Shown here: positions 23,752 to 38,048 of the stretch, one piece after another | How the letters are laid out: the number at the start of each line of letters is the position of its first letter | Position numbering within the stretch: the first letter of the stretch is position 1 | Assembly: GCA_963693365.1 (NCBI GenBank) | Contig: CAVNZM010000009.1 | Location: 9,506,046 to 9,570,045 of the forward strand | Source of the DNA: Amoebidium appalachense | Lineage: Eukaryota; Protista; Ichthyosporea | Direction of reading: 5' to 3' | Length of the DNA stretch: 64,000 nucleotides | The notes under the pieces: generated by a model | What the model was told of the DNA's origin: nothing | Database searches by the model: none | Seen by the model: the letters and a program-made list of their open reading frames with translations, nothing else | Program-made: the position numbers and the translations under genes

Positions 23752-25822
23752 AGGGGGTGATGAAGTGGTGGACTGCGCAGTGGGACTCTTGATTAGAACA
23801 CAGAATGAGAAGAAAATCAAGTTTGGGTGATGTTGGTGCCTACCCGTGGATTGGCAGTGGTGATGGTGGTGGCAGGACACAGCGGGTGGGTCGGGGGGGG
23901 GGGGGGGGGGGGGGGGAGGGGGGGGGGGGAGGGGGGAGGGCAGAGGGGAAGGGGAGACCCTAAAGGCTTGGGGGGCAGATGACCTCTTACCTGTGTGTGT
24001 GTGTGTTTTGCCACATGTGCAAGTGAATATTTGTGTTTGTATATGTGCATGGATGGATGTTTGCGCGCATGTGTTATGTCTTGGGGTCTGTGTTCCAATT
24101 ATGCAAGGAACGTGCACATGTGTTGTGCACATGCGCATGTGCATGTGTGTGGGTATACAAGTTTGCCTGTGCGTGTCCCTGTGTGCATGTGTGCAGGGGC
24201 CCTCTCGCAAAGGTGTGGACAGGGTGAAGGCAGCGTGGGAAGGGGGGGGGGGGGGGAAGGAGGGAGAGAGGGGAGCTGGCGGGGGGAGGGGGGGTGGGTG
24301 AGGGGAAAGGAGGGGAGAGGGGGGAGGGGAGGGGGGGGGGGGGGCAGGGGGATAGCGGGGGGGGGGGGGGGGGGGGGGGGGGGGTATATGGGAGAGATGA
24401 GGTCGGATAGGGACAGGGGATTAGGGAAGAGAGAGAGAGAATGAGAAGGAGAAAGGTAGGGATGAGGTGGGGAAGGGGGGGGGGGGGGGGGGGGAACGAG
24501 ACAGAGAGAGAAAGGCAAAGAGAGAAGGGCAATTAGGCGGGAGACACGAAGCAGAAAAAGTTTTTGGAGAAAGGGTGCATCTGGTGTCATTTCATTGCGT
24601 CTATATTATGGATTCTTAATAAATAGTAACTGTATCAGTGTTTGCTTCAAGAAAAAGGACAACTGTCAAATATGCTCACAATCTAGGCATGCACATTTTC
24701 TTACCTGTCTGTTGTATATTTAACCATTTCAACACCTCAAGAAACACTCACAATCGATGTATAAGCTCACACGCAAGGCACACCACACACTCATTTTCAA
24801 AACGTTGTTTTGACACCCACACGTGTGTTCTTTTCCCACAAAATTCTACTTTACAGGGAAACGTCTTGCAAAAGCGCTGGAAAAATACGAAACCAATGCA
24901 ACTTATACGGTGCCCATCATACATAAGATGGCTGCCAAAGAGGTTGGTCTGACGACCTAGAAAGCATGCTGGAAGGTGGGTGGTTCATGTTGTGTTCAAT
25001 TATTGATTTGTCCTGTTTGTGTGCCCCCCTCCTCCCCCCCCCCCCCCCCCTCCCCCTTCCTCCCCCTGCCCCCCCCCCCCCCCCCCCCCCCCCCACAAAA
25101 AAAAAAAAGAAAAACATACACACACCTCCCTCCCATCCTTCTCTCTCTGCTTCTTCTTTCTTTTGCTTCTCTCTACCCCCCCCCCCCCCCCCCCCCACCC
25201 CCAAATTCCTCCCCTTACCTGGGAGATGAGGGAGGTGTGAGTATGTGGTGTGGATCGATGGGGGATGGGGTGTGTGTGTGCGGGTGGGTGGGTTTTTTTG
25301 GGAGGGGGGTGGGACAGGGGGAGGGAAAGGGGAGGGGGAGGGGGGAGGAGGAGGGATGGGTTAGTAGATAGGCGTGAAAAGATTTAGGGACCCTGGCATT
25401 CCGTTCTCTTTTGCAGTTGCTTCCCACCCACCCACACATACCCCCTCACCCCTCTCTCTTCCTTCTTAGTCCCAACCACTCACCCATTCTTCGTCAAACT
25501 AAAAAAAAGCCATTCTTTCATGTGAAGGTGTAAGGGGAACAGACTACATTCATAGGCACCATGTACGTGTCTGTTACAAATGTTTTAAATCTATGCATCA
25601 GTTTTAATTTCTTACTTGCTCTCCCAGCCATCCCCCCCTCTCTCCCCCCCCCCCCCTTCCCCCGCCCTCTCCCCTTTAACAGGCATACACACACACCATG
25701 GCAATAGTTGACACGCTCACGTGCACACACTCTAACATGCGCACACACGCGCGCGCGCGCACACACACACACAGGGGGGGGGGGGGGGGGGGGGGAGGGA
25801 GGGGGGAGACGGTGGGGCGGGG

Positions 25823-25872
<50 letters not shown>

Positions 25873-26330
25873 CGGGGCCAGCCGCTGTTCCTGTCTGGGC
25901 GGCGGCTGGGGCAGCTGGTGCAGATGTGGCTGCGGCACGAGGTGCTGCCCACCATCGTGCTGTGCTTCGAAAAGGCCCCAAACCTGCACGACTGGCGCCA
26001 CTACTGAGCAATGTAGATTTATTTATCTTCCTTACCTCCATAATGGCTGACGAAAGGGGTTGTGCTCAAGGGCCAGTGTATTGGTGTGAATATGCGCACG
26101 GGGCGCCTTTGCATTGGTTGTATCGACTTCATGGATTTGGGGACCTAAAGTATTATGTAGGTGGTCTCGGGCAGTATGTTGCATAATGGTATGCCTAATC
26201 GATTCGGTGCAGGCAAAGTTAGACTTGCCTGTTTGTGTGGCGTTGGAGCTCGAGGGAGCCGGGTGATGCTGGAATGATATCTATTGATACGTAGCAGCCC
26301 TCGGAAAGGGGGTTTACAACAGCAACACTT
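23415..26330 (+). repeat. Segmental direct duplication, copy 1 (~2.9 kb)
   Basis: Collinear with 48234-51251. Contains exon-like pieces (GKRLAKALEKYETNATYTVP; [30 protein letters not shown]). Confidence 0.9.
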
Positions 26331-26403
26331 ACGGTATATTTCCTGGAGTTGTGTCATCTGATCAGGCAGGATTAGGGGTTAGGGGTTGCCAATAGACGCT
26401 CGC

Positions 26404-27000
26404 TGCTGTTTTGTACGGGTATTACGGGAAGCAGAGTGCACAGAGGGGTCATGCAAAACACGACAAACACAATAAAGAGAGTGCAGTCGGAGTTGTTCAC
26501 GACAGCCTGAGAAGAAAGATCGAAACAACAGATAACGTTTATTGCACTCTCGGGCCTTTTTGTTCTGGCCCATTCATTATCTCATCTAACCTAAATGAAG
26601 GGAACCAATCGGGCTCCTTCAACTACAGGGCAAATACATTCCAACGAGAAAACGCTTTCTAACTTCCAATACTATAGAAGCTTAAAACTCTTCTTAAACT
26701 TTGAAATTAAGTAACTCAACCAACTTGTCAATATTAATTCACATATGTGTTTACATTCGTCTCTATAAATTCCTAACAGTCGACACTCTCAGAGTGAAGA
26801 CACATCATGTGAAAAGGATTCAAACAGATCTAATGTGTCCAATCAAAACACGCCTATTAATAGACAGGAGTGCAACGCCACGGTCTATAGATCGGCTCAC
26901 TTGCGTCCTCCTATTTCGACCTAAACACAAAGACAACAAAGCCAGCTATATAGCCACTCACTCCACACACAGTAAAGCGGAGGAGATGATAGTGAGAACC
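26404..27000 (-). repeat. Diverged inverted relative of the 20763-21736 LTR (far end uncertain)
   Basis: Reverse complement shares gtgaacaactccga...ctctgtgcactctgc...cccgtacaaaaca.ca and gtgtcttcact.tgagagtgtcgact. Confidence 0.6.
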
Positions 27001-29157
27001 AGATTATAGTGTTTCCCTGTGACGTGTATGTGTTCACGTGCACTTGGCATTGTGTGAGAGAGCACCCACATCTTTGTGATAGTGCTAAGACACAAAAAAA
27101 ACTTGAAGAAAGAGCCGGGTATTGGGAATGGGAGTCTCCGTGCGACTATGTGTAACAAAAAATTAAAAGTGTGCAAGAAAGCAACGTGCACGGTGAATCA
27201 CGCTGTGTGCATAAATTGTGTGTCATGCAGAAACTCGTGCCTACTTTTATATGCTCGAGGCATGAGCATCCTATACTGCGTGCTGCATCTTTTTTCTCTT
27301 CGTGCAACTGCCATGGGGAACATGCAGGGGAAGCGAGGCGTCAAAACAAATGCTCACCAGCTAATGCCTTCGCAACGACAGCCTCGGGGATGAGAAGTGC
27401 CAGAGCCCTGCGTACACCGTCCACAAATTGTGGGATTAGGAGCTTGACACATTGACGTGCGCTCTTCGACCTCCTGTGGCTACGAACTATTAATAGCCAG
27501 CATATTAAGTTCAACAAAAAAAAAAAAAAGACTTTCCTGAACAACTCCTTCCAAGTAAGACCAGCACACGATCACAGTGTGGCTAGCCAACATCAGATTA
27601 CAAAGGGCTCACACACTCACCGTTATGCTGACGTGGTCTTCGTCCGACCATAGTCTGCGTCTGATGGGCTCTCCAAACATCGATCTGATGTGGTTTCCGT
27701 ACATCAAGACTCTGTTTTCGTCTGTGCGTCCTGTGTAAGAGAATGCAACACAAGGAGGTCAGCGAAAAAAAAAAAGAGAAGGTACAGCACAACAACGGAA
27801 CTGACGTGTCAACATTGATTGTTAGTTGGCCTGTGGCATTTATGACACATACACTCTCCAAACCCGCTAACCCTAACAATAACTCCCCTCTCGTATTCAC
27901 CTGAGCTGAACGCTGCAGCGGACATGCTACCACCGGGTTTGAGCAGCTGAGCACCCACGTACAGCCTACTGTTGCCGGGATAAACCAGGCCTGCTGCGAA
28001 GCCTGTGACGAGAGTTAGGACCTTCGACAGCCAATGATATTAAATTGACAGGTTAGGAACCTAAAAAAGCATTTATAGAGAGAACGGAGAAAAAAACGTG
28101 CACTGCAGGAAAGCACGACGCTGAGAGAGAAAAATGTTGCATGTGCGCCAGAAAGTGGGGGGTGTATGGATAGCTAGGCAGCGTAGTAAGGGGTAGGACA
28201 TCGGGCTAAAAATCATTACGTAGAGTTGTTAATTTCTAGGGTGAATAGAAGAAACCAGATACAATAAGACAAAGCCTTACCAAAAACGGTATCCAAGGCA
28301 GATAAAGAGAGAGAGCCAAGATGAATTCAGGTAGAGAAAATGGGAACTAACGCCTTTACGACAATCCGTTCAGTGCTGGTGCTGGTGCTCGTGGGATGGG
28401 CTAGTAATGGTGGTGATGGTGGTGGTGGTGGTGGTGGTTGGGAAAGGGGGGGGGGGGGGGGGGGGGGAGGGTTTGAAAAAGCTCACCACCGAAAACGTCC
28501 TTCGAATGTACATAAAATAACCCATGCATAGTATGCAACAAGAAAGGGAGGAGGGATGGAAGAGGGAGTATTGGGGGGATATTGGGGGGGAAGGGGGGGC
28601 GGGGGGAGTACGTTTGACAACATCTTGGGTCCCACGAAGCAATTTTGCAGTACGAAACAGCCACAAACCAGAAAACGTCAAAAATTGCTTCCGTTCACTA
28701 GGCACGCAGCTAGAAGAAGGCGTTACACTTGGTGGTTACGGGGAGCACGGTCGAATTTGTTGCACCTTTGGCCTTGCACTCTTTCATATACTCTAAGGGT
28801 CTTGTGACAACACAATGTTGGGTACACGAGGGGTAGCCCAGCAAGTATCGTGTTGTGGGGAAAAAACACCTTTACTTTGGGTAAAAGGGAGCGCCCCAAC
28901 GTTTCAAGTGTTCTAGCCACAAAATACTGGGAATTGGGTAACAAGAGCTATGTACTGACTGACACGACACTGCCCGGCACCGGAAGTACGTTGTCAAGAG
29001 CAGAACAGTTGATGACATTGCCCGGAAAAAAAGAAAGAAAAAAAGGAAGAAAAAGACTACGCGAGCCGGCGGGGGGGCGAAAAAAAAAAAAAAAAGGAAA
29101 AGACATTGCGTAGAAACTCTTAACGGGTTGCGTTTGGGTATGTACTATGTACTATGT

Positions 29158-29547
29158 AGTCTCCGTGACACGTATGAGGTGGTGCCTCATTTTCCTTCCT
29201 ACCTCAGCAGAAATGTCTCGCTAGTAATGACAATGCTTATCTGTGTACGCGAAGTCGAAGAAGGAAGGCAGCGCAGAAAAACGGCTGCGGGCTGCGAAGA
29301 AGGAAGGAAAAATCGCCGCCGTCGACGAGGCGAATTTTCCGTGCATACTTGCATATCTTTCCGTCGAATAAATCCAGTCAAAAGAAAAAAAATTTCCTTC
29401 CTTCCTCGCGCAGCCCGCAGCCATTTTTCTTCGCTGCCTTCCTTCTTCGACTTCGCGTACACAGATAAGCATTGTCATTACTAGCGAGACATTTCTGCTG
29501 AGGTAGGAAGGAAAATGAGGCACCACCTCATACGTGTCACGGAGACT
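29158..29547. mobile_element. MITE/foldback element with ~155-bp inverted arms
   Basis: agtctccgtgacacgtatgagg... pairs with ...cctcatacgtgtcacggagact, with a ~80-bp loop. Confidence 0.8.
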
Positions 29548-29635
29548 CAGTCAGTTGCATGACGTCAGGGCGAAGAAAAAAGATTATCGTGGATAACCCC
29601 ACACTTCAAGCCCCGTAGTCGCCGGCGCTGTAAGT

Positions 29636-29677
<42 letters not shown>

Positions 29678-30509
29678 AATCCTGTTGGTCGCCACATTGA
29701 GTATTTATATGATTTTCACACAGTGAGGTATCTCAGTATGCACTTGTTACTGGATAACTCGAGAAGTTTTTATTGTCTTTCAGTATGCCGTGCATACTTG
29801 CAAATAAATCCAGTCAAAAGGAAAAAAAAAAAAAAAAAAGGTTGGGGCTATCCACGACAATTTTTTTTTGTTTATTTTTAAGAAAGTTTGGGGCTATCCA
29901 CGACAATCTTTTTTTCCTCGCACTGACAGCCACGGTGTGCATCAGTTCTAGCTTCCCAGGCTGACAGGATTTACTGGATAAAACCAAGGGAAGTGCTACA
30001 ATTCCGGCCCAGTGTGTGAGCGCCTGCAATGTAACGAGGGGAGTAAATGCAGCAAGAAAGACGGCCAACCTTGCGCTGGCAACATGTTCAGCACACCGGC
30101 AAAACTCTATCAGGTGTGTCTTTCCTCTTATAAAACAAGTGGGTTGTTGGGCACATCCGAAGTGGTCTTCTGAGTGTTGGATATGTGCAAGGTTACAATT
30201 GCAGGGTTGGGTTACATGAAGTGGCAAATCTTGCTGCCTGCAGTCAAAGAGCCTCCCCCCCCCCCCCCCCCCCTCCTTCTCGATGGCTCCCCGAACACAC
30301 TATTCAAGCGGTTTTCTAAATTTCCACAGTTTTTTCCTGTACCTATATATATAAATGTTCGTTTTGCGAAAAGCAAGCAAACCGCGTGGAATTGATTTCC
30401 GTTCCTTGAGATGTGTTCGTCTGCTTTCATCCGAATTCAGCGCCTGAAAGTTCAAATTGATTGGTGTCTCCATTTTGTACAGTCCGTATATTCTGTGCTT
30501 CAGCCTACG

Positions 30510-30542
<33 letters not shown>

Positions 30543-32840
30543 AGGGCCCCGCGATCTTGAACACCCCCCCCCCCCCCCCTTCCCCCCCCCCGGCCCGGAG
30601 GATGGGCTCTGCTATGTTGCACATTGTGAGTTGCTGATGTTGCATACTTGAATGTTCGCCTTTGCATGTGCCCTGCAAACGTGTTTTCCGACGTGTAATT
30701 GTACTTCGTACCGTGTTTCTCATTTTAACCCCACCGCTCCTTCCTATCCCTCTCTGTTTCCCACCCTCCCACCTTCAACTCTCCCTCCTTCCCTACCAGT
30801 CTCGCCCCCTTCCCTCTGCCCCCGTCCACACCTCCCTCTCGCCCGCGAGATCCCTTCCCTCGTCCCGTTTCCTCTTCCATTCGCTCCCCCCACCCCCTCC
30901 CCCTCCCCTCCTCCCCCTTATTTCCCCTAACGAGTTTTTTAAAGTGGCTCTAACCTGTGCATGCTATCGGTTCCTTTTTTTTGGTAGGTTTTGTTTTTAT
31001 ATTGAATGCTCTATTTTTGTTTTCCCACTGTGGCATCTATATTATGTACAAGGCTCTCATTCCCTCACTCTTTTGCCTCCTCCCCTTCCCCTCCAACTTA
31101 TCTCTCACCCCTCACCCCTCCACTTCTCGTCTTTTCCTCAACCTCCCCCCCCCCCCCCCCCCTCCCCCCAATCAAAAATAATAAATATATAGAAATAAAT
31201 ATAAAATAAAAAAAAATAAAAAATGCAGGGTCTTCTCAGGGAGAACGTATACCATGCCTCTACTTTTCAAAAGATGACCAGCTTTGCATGGGGCGCAAGG
31301 CCTGCTGCTGCCACAAGAATGGTCTCCAACAACGCCTTCTGCCGGCCGAGCCCTTTGGTAAGTCGTTTGGTGATTTGCATGTATTGATGTAGCTCGATGT
31401 AGATAAGGAGGCGATCATATCGCCGCAAGTGTTTGTGTATGCACGTAAGCGGGACTATTATATGCTCCACTCTGCGTGTGCTTTAAGCTTTTCCGCATAC
31501 ATTGTGACCTTGCATTTATTTCGACCGGCGTCACTGGCCATGGAAAAGCTTTTGCCAGTGTCTGGCTTTACTTTGCGCTCATGCAATACACATAACTTTC
31601 CATGCAGGTGTGCTAACTTGGCTTTTATGCAGAGTGCGTTGGAGCACGTTTGGGATTCTATGATACACACATGGGGTGTGAACACGAGCAGGCGTGGGTT
31701 TGCAGCCATTGCATCGGTGTCTGCAACCGCGCACACTGGCAAAACCACACGGACTGAGATGCGGAAAGTGGGTTTCCTTTATTGCACTCATGCTACCTTA
31801 GCAGTTTCCACTAGAGTACACCCTTTCACGACCAATGCCCCCTCCCCCCCCCCCCCCCCCCCCAAAAAAAAAAAAAAAAAAAAAAAAGAAGAGGCGGGGG
31901 AGATGAGAGAAAGTAAAGAATACAAACGGGCACACAAAAACGCGCATAAATACTCACACACTGGCTTACACACACACACACTAACCCAATCAATCACTCA
32001 CTCACCGGCACCGGCACCGGCACCGGCAGCACACAACACCAAAACATGCACATACACACACACGCACATGCCCCCACACCCACACCCACACCGATACCAC
32101 ACACACAATCAAGCACCCCACACACCGTAGTACACAAGCATGTGTGCAGACACTCGATTGCCTTTTCAAAGTCACGCACACGCAAGCACACACTCTCCGC
32201 TAGCCTCCCACTCTCGGGCCCCTGAACAGTAGTCGGTGTTTCCTCACAGCTCAGTCCATTTGGTTTAATTTACTTCATAATCTGGCGTCTCTCGTTAATC
32301 TTTGATTATCTCTGCCCCTCATGTTCCTTGATTTGCACTTTGGCTTTATTCCCATGTGCTCATTATGCGTCCTTCTGTTGGTGAGAAGTGAGCTAGGTAC
32401 ACCCCTCATACTCATTATTTTTCCTCCCTTTGTTATTTGGCAAGCTCCCTCGTTGTGATTAGGAAGTTGGATGTGGCTACCTATAGCAAGCATTTGTGTG
32501 CTTTTTGGTGACGGGCATTGTTTGGTGTGTGGTGTGTGTGTGTGTGCGTGTGCGTGTGCGTGTGCGTGTGCATGTGCGTGTGCGCGCACGCGCGTGCGTG
32601 CGTGCGTGCGTGCGTGTGCGTGCGTGCGTGTGTGTGTGCGTGTGTGTGTGCGTGTGCACGCCGTGTGTGCGTGCGTGTGTGTGTGCGTGCGTGTGCGCAC
32701 GTGCGCGTGCGTGCGCGTGCGCGTGCGTGCGCATGCGTGCGCGTGTGTATGTGCGTGCATGCGTGAGTGCGTGCTGGGGGGGGGGGAGAGAGGGAGGGAG
32801 GGCATGATATTGTCAGGAAAACAGGCAGAACATGGCATTG

Positions 32841-32904
<64 letters not shown>

Positions 32905-32943
32905 GCGCGTGTGTATGTGCGTGCATGCGTGAGTGCGTGCTGT

Positions 32944-32977
<34 letters not shown>

Positions 32978-33041
32978 GGGAGGGAGGGAGGGGAGAGAGG
33001 CAGATAATGTCAGGAAAACAGGCAGAACATGGCATTGTTTG

Positions 33042-33085
<44 letters not shown>

Positions 33086-33398
33086 GTGTATGTGCGTGTG
33101 TGTGTTCGTGCAAGACAAATACCATGGCCAGCTGCTCTAAGTTTGGAACGTGACGTCATCACATTTTTTTTCGGCCGATGGAAGGACCTGACAGGGTTGT
33201 AATGAGAGCCCAATTCTTAAAAAAATACGTGACAGATCCCCCCCTATTTTAAAATCACAACCTGATTATTATTTTCGTTTTCCATCCCGTTCTATTGCTT
33301 GCACTCATGACTGATATTCATACCAGGTGGTGCCTCAGGATTGTGTGTTCACTCGTTGCGGCTTTGCAGTTCCTGTGGTTGTCGGTGTGAAGACTGGA

Positions 33399-33986
33399 AT
33401 GGTGAGAGCTGAGAATTCGAGGTGCTACAGTACTTTGAGTGGTGAGGGAGATGAGAAGATTTATCGTGGCATCTTTTTCGACCGACGGTCCAAGAAATGG
33501 AACGTTCAGGTTGCTAAACGCTCCTTCGGCTACTTTGACGATCCTCGTGCGGCAGCAGTGGTTTACGACCGAATGGCTACTTTTTTGAAGGAAGAGGGTG
33601 TTACCAAGCGCAAGATTATCACAAATACTTCCCTGGGCCGCCTGCAGTATGACTATAACGAGGAGGAGAGGCAAAAGGCAAAGGAACAGTGGACAGCCAA
33701 GCTGAACCATAAAGAATCAAACAAAAGCAAATACTGGGGTGTGGAATATCGCAGATTGAAAATGGAGCCATCCTACTACTGCGTCCGTTTTTGGGACCCA
33801 AAAACAAAAAAAACGAAAATTTTTGAATCAGAAATAGCTACCATGGAGGAGGCAGTGGCATTGCGTGATAAGTGGGTGCGGGAGATGTTGGAGGATCCGG
33901 AGGTGCCGGAGGCTTGGAAGGCCAGACAACGTGGTTTCCTTTCAGAATCTACCATGGAGGGGGGGATGGTGTTTGATAGGGACTAG
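33399..33986 (+). CDS. Intronless protein with two AP2-like DNA-binding domains
   Basis: YRGIFFDRRSKKWNVQVAKRSFGYFDDPRAAAVVYDRMA fits AP2. A second SKYWGVEYR...YCVRF...EEAVALRDKW resembles the AP2-like domains of mobile and viral proteins. Confidence 0.75.
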   Translation: MVRAENSRCYSTLSGEGDEKIYRGIFFDRRSKKWNVQVAKRSFGYFDDPRAAAVVYDRMATFLKEEGVTKRKIITNTSLGRLQYDYNEEERQKAKEQWTAKLNHKESNKSKYWGVEYRRLKMEPSYYCVRFWDPKTKKTKIFESEIATMEEAVALRDKWVREMLEDPEVPEAWKARQRGFLSESTMEGGMVFDRD

Positions 33987-34209
33987 AATGTTTCCCTGTA
34001 TAGCTCCAGGTTTCAAAGTGCGATGTCATTTATCAGCTTCTGGCTTTCAAAACAGATTGTCCCCCATGTATCTTTGATTGCATGCTATATATATTGATGT
34101 TATGGCAAGCATTCTGTACACATGTAGCTATTTTGTAAATGGAAGTAGAGCTCTTGCTTTATGTGGCGGACAACCACTTCGGAGTTTCACGTGCCCACAG
34201 TGGTTCTGA

Positions 34210-34360
34210 GAAGAAACAGACTGCTGCCGCTTATCGTGCCACCGGGCCATTCGAAGTTGGGAATCCTTCTTTGGAGATCAGTTAGGAAAATATTGAAAAG
34301 CCTTGATGTACACATGGGTGGTCTCACCAATCACAGTGTCCACTTCTGCGTGGTGGCCGC
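34210..34360 (-). pseudogene. Possible highly decayed non-LTR RT fragment
   Basis: Translations DTVIG and SRLFNIFLTDLQ...GGTISG resemble the GVRQG..SP.LFNIF..DL region of LINE RTs, but only across frameshifts. Confidence 0.25.
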
Positions 34361-34751
34361 TTTAAATGCTGTCAAGATCCTATATATGGAAAACATAAGT
34401 ACTTTTCTATTGGACCATGTGGTAGACTGGATCGCTGTGAAACTATATAAATGATGGCCTCGGTCGACCACAAACAGCTACCCAACAGAGTAGCTCATGA
34501 TGCTCTTGAGATAAGCCGTGTGTGCGAGACAGAAGCCGAAAAGAGAACGAAGCAACTTTCCTTGAATCTTAGCAATCCTATCCCCTAACAGTTGTTTTTG
34601 GTTACTGGGGGGGGGGGGGGGGGGGGGGGGGGGATGAAAGCAATAGTAGTTGGGTAACATGTGTGCGAGAGAGTGTGTGCCTGCAAGCATGTGTGTGCCA
34701 GCCTTGCATGTGTGCATGCCCATGTGTATGTATGCGTTTTGTTTGGGGAGG

Positions 34752-34800
<49 letters not shown>

Positions 34801-34938
34801 TTGAGGGGGGAGCGGAGGGAGAGGGGGCGGGGGGTGGGGGGATAAAATACCGAAAGATACTGAGGACGCAATTGGTGAGGCAGGGGACCCATATTCGATG
34901 AATAGCCTTCGGGCAGAGACGGACGGCCCAATGGCTTG

Positions 34939-35009
<71 letters not shown>

Positions 35010-36725
35010 CTGTTTGTGTGTGCGCGCGCGTGTGTGTGTGTGTGTGTGTGTGTGTTCATGTTCGGGGGGAAAGGGGAGGGGGGGGGGGGGGGTCAGTATA
35101 ACTGCTGGAAGGACGCGCCTCTCCCTCCCACCATCTCCGTCCCTCCCTCACTCCCTCCCCCCTCTTCCCCCCCCCCCCCCCCCCCCCCTTCCCCTCCCCC
35201 CCACCCCCGGTATTTCTTTTAGCAGGTATCCCTCCCTCCCTCATTGCCCCACATCCCTCCTTTACATTTCTTCTCCATTCACCCTTGTTTGTTCTATGTC
35301 CCTACACCATTTTACAGTTAAGCACCAGCTGGAAAAGCAGTGGCATATAAAGACTAGTATCCTCGGGGGCGCCACCACACCATACAATATTCCTCCAATC
35401 ACATCATTGGGGGATGGCAGTTCATTATGGCATATGCACTGTGGAGCTACAACGACGGAGAAACAGAAAAAAAGATGCGGATGGCAGAGAGAATTGGATG
35501 TCTCTGTGCCTGCGCACGTGCGTGTGGTGGGTGGTGGTGGTGGGGGTGGTGGACATGAAACAAGACAGCAAAGGTAAGGCACAAGCACAAGGAATCGGTA
35601 TCTATGTCGTGTCTACGTGTCTGCGTGCATGAGGGGGAGAGGGAAAATGAAAGGAATGAGTGCGAGCACATACCTTCCACAACCGGGCGGTATGGGGCAT
35701 AGGCCACAGGGCGTGGCTTTGTTGAAACCATCTGGTACTGTGTGTCGTTGGGAGGAACCATGGAGGGTTGGCGACGCAGAGGCATGCCCTCACCCTCATC
35801 ACCAACCGTGTCCTGTACACAGGAACCGAAAAGAAAGGTGTCAGTGCACGTGTGTGCATGGTGTGTGCATGTGTCTGCGCCTGTCTGCGTGTAGCATATC
35901 TCTGCATCGGTTTCAGCAATATGTGGTCATTACACGGCCTTGTTGACCACCCCCACCCCCCCCCTCCCCCCCCCCCCCCCCCCCCCCCCCACACACACAC
36001 ACATACACATACACACCCACCCACCCACCCGCCACCCACCCACCCGCCTTTCTCTATCTCTCTCTCCCTCCCTCCCTCCCTCCCACTCTCACACACACCC
36101 CACCACCACTACCATAAACACAAACAGGTAAAAGCCAGCCACCCTGCCTCCGTTGACATCAAATTTTATGCGACCTTCTCTAATGGCTGTGTAATGGTTG
36201 TCGGCACATGTGTGCATGCATGGCTGTGCAGTGTTTGGTAACTGGATCTATTCGTGTGTGTGGGCTTCCCGTGTCTGTGTCTGTCTGTGGGTGTGGGGGG
36301 GGAGGGATGCATTCATCCCTTTTTTCTCTCTCTTCCCCTTCTACCCCTTCCCCCCTCCCTGTCTCCCCCCCCCCCCCCCCTCCCCCCATCTCTCTCTCTC
36401 TATCTCTCACTCTCACTCTCTCACTTTATCTCCTACCACTTCTTTCCCCCCCTGTGAGTGTATACATGTATATGAGCATGTATATTACAGGTGCACATGC
36501 ACTCGTAACCTACCGTCGGCAAAGCAGGCAGTGCAGGCATCCCTTGCTGCTGACTTTCATCTCTTTGCAGCCAGCCAGGGGGGGACCCAGGTGCCGTGGT
36601 GGGTGGGATGCTGGGGGGCTAGGCCCAGACACGGACATGTCCCCGGCAGCAACTTTGGACCAACGACGTACACGGCCATCACCATCACCAGGCCCACTCT
36701 GTGTATGCAGACATACGGTGTGAGT

Positions 36726-36774
<49 letters not shown>

Positions 36775-37287
36775 GGGGGGGTGGTATATAGTTGCTGTGA
36801 TTAGTTATTGTTATATGCCAAGAGGGGGAAGGGGGGGGGGGGGGGGGGGGAGGGGGGGAGGGGGGGGAGGTAATGCATTAGAGTGCTAAAGATGAGGAGA
36901 CACCATTGGACAAATACAAAACGTCCCAAACTACGAAATCGAACCATTCAAACAGAAAACATATTATTACGAGGGAGGATGGAGAGGGCGAGAGAGATGG
37001 GGGGGGGGGGGGGGGGGGGGGGGGGGAGGTTGGTTCAACATATACCTGCAAACTCCGATTCTAGCAGCTGGACAGTGAGAACTCTGTCTCTGCGCTTGTG
37101 TGTGTGTGTGTGTACACGCGTGTGAGTGTGCGTGTGCATGTGCACGCATGTGCCTGTCTGTATGCTTGTAGGTGTACATGAAAAAGTTGTGTGTCGTGTA
37201 TCCATGCAACCGTCCGTGCGTGGTTGCATGCTTTTCTATGTGCGCGTACACGGGCGCCTAAATGATTGCCAAATTGCCATTTACACA

Positions 37288-37480
<193 letters not shown>

Positions 37481-37913
37481 GCGCCAGGTTGAGCATTTTG
37501 TTCCTGTAGTTTTGGAAGTAGTTCTTGATTTGGTTCTGTGTCTTTGAGCCTCAGCCAGTTTCTGCCAGTTGCGCCCACACACCCTAAAATAGCGCATAAA
37601 GTCCTGTTTTTCTTCACTGGTCCACAGAGAGATGCTGCGCTTATGCCGGCCTGTACCGTCTCCCCGCCTCCCCCCCCCCCCTCTCCCTCTTCCCCCCCCC
37701 CCCCCCCCCCACCCCTCCCCCCTACCTCGTGGCTATCCATCCTAGCCAGGCCCCTTCTAGGCAGCTCACTAGTCTCCAGCACCACATCCATGTCCCCATC
37801 CTCAACCATGGACCCCTCCAACGGACTGTCCACTGACCCCTGCACGTGATTTTTTTTGTCAGCAGACTGCTGGGCACTCTGACTAGGCAACCTTGCATGC
37901 ATGCCTGCCCCCA

Positions 37914-37966
<53 letters not shown>

Positions 37967-38017
37967 CTCCTCCCCCAAAACACACGCACACACAGACACA
38001 CCCCCCCCCCCCCCCCC

Positions 38018-38048
<31 letters not shown>

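Noticed and set aside
27600-31800. Scattered exon-like minus-strand segments
   Set aside because: They contain stops and no recognisable domain, and I could not build a gene model.
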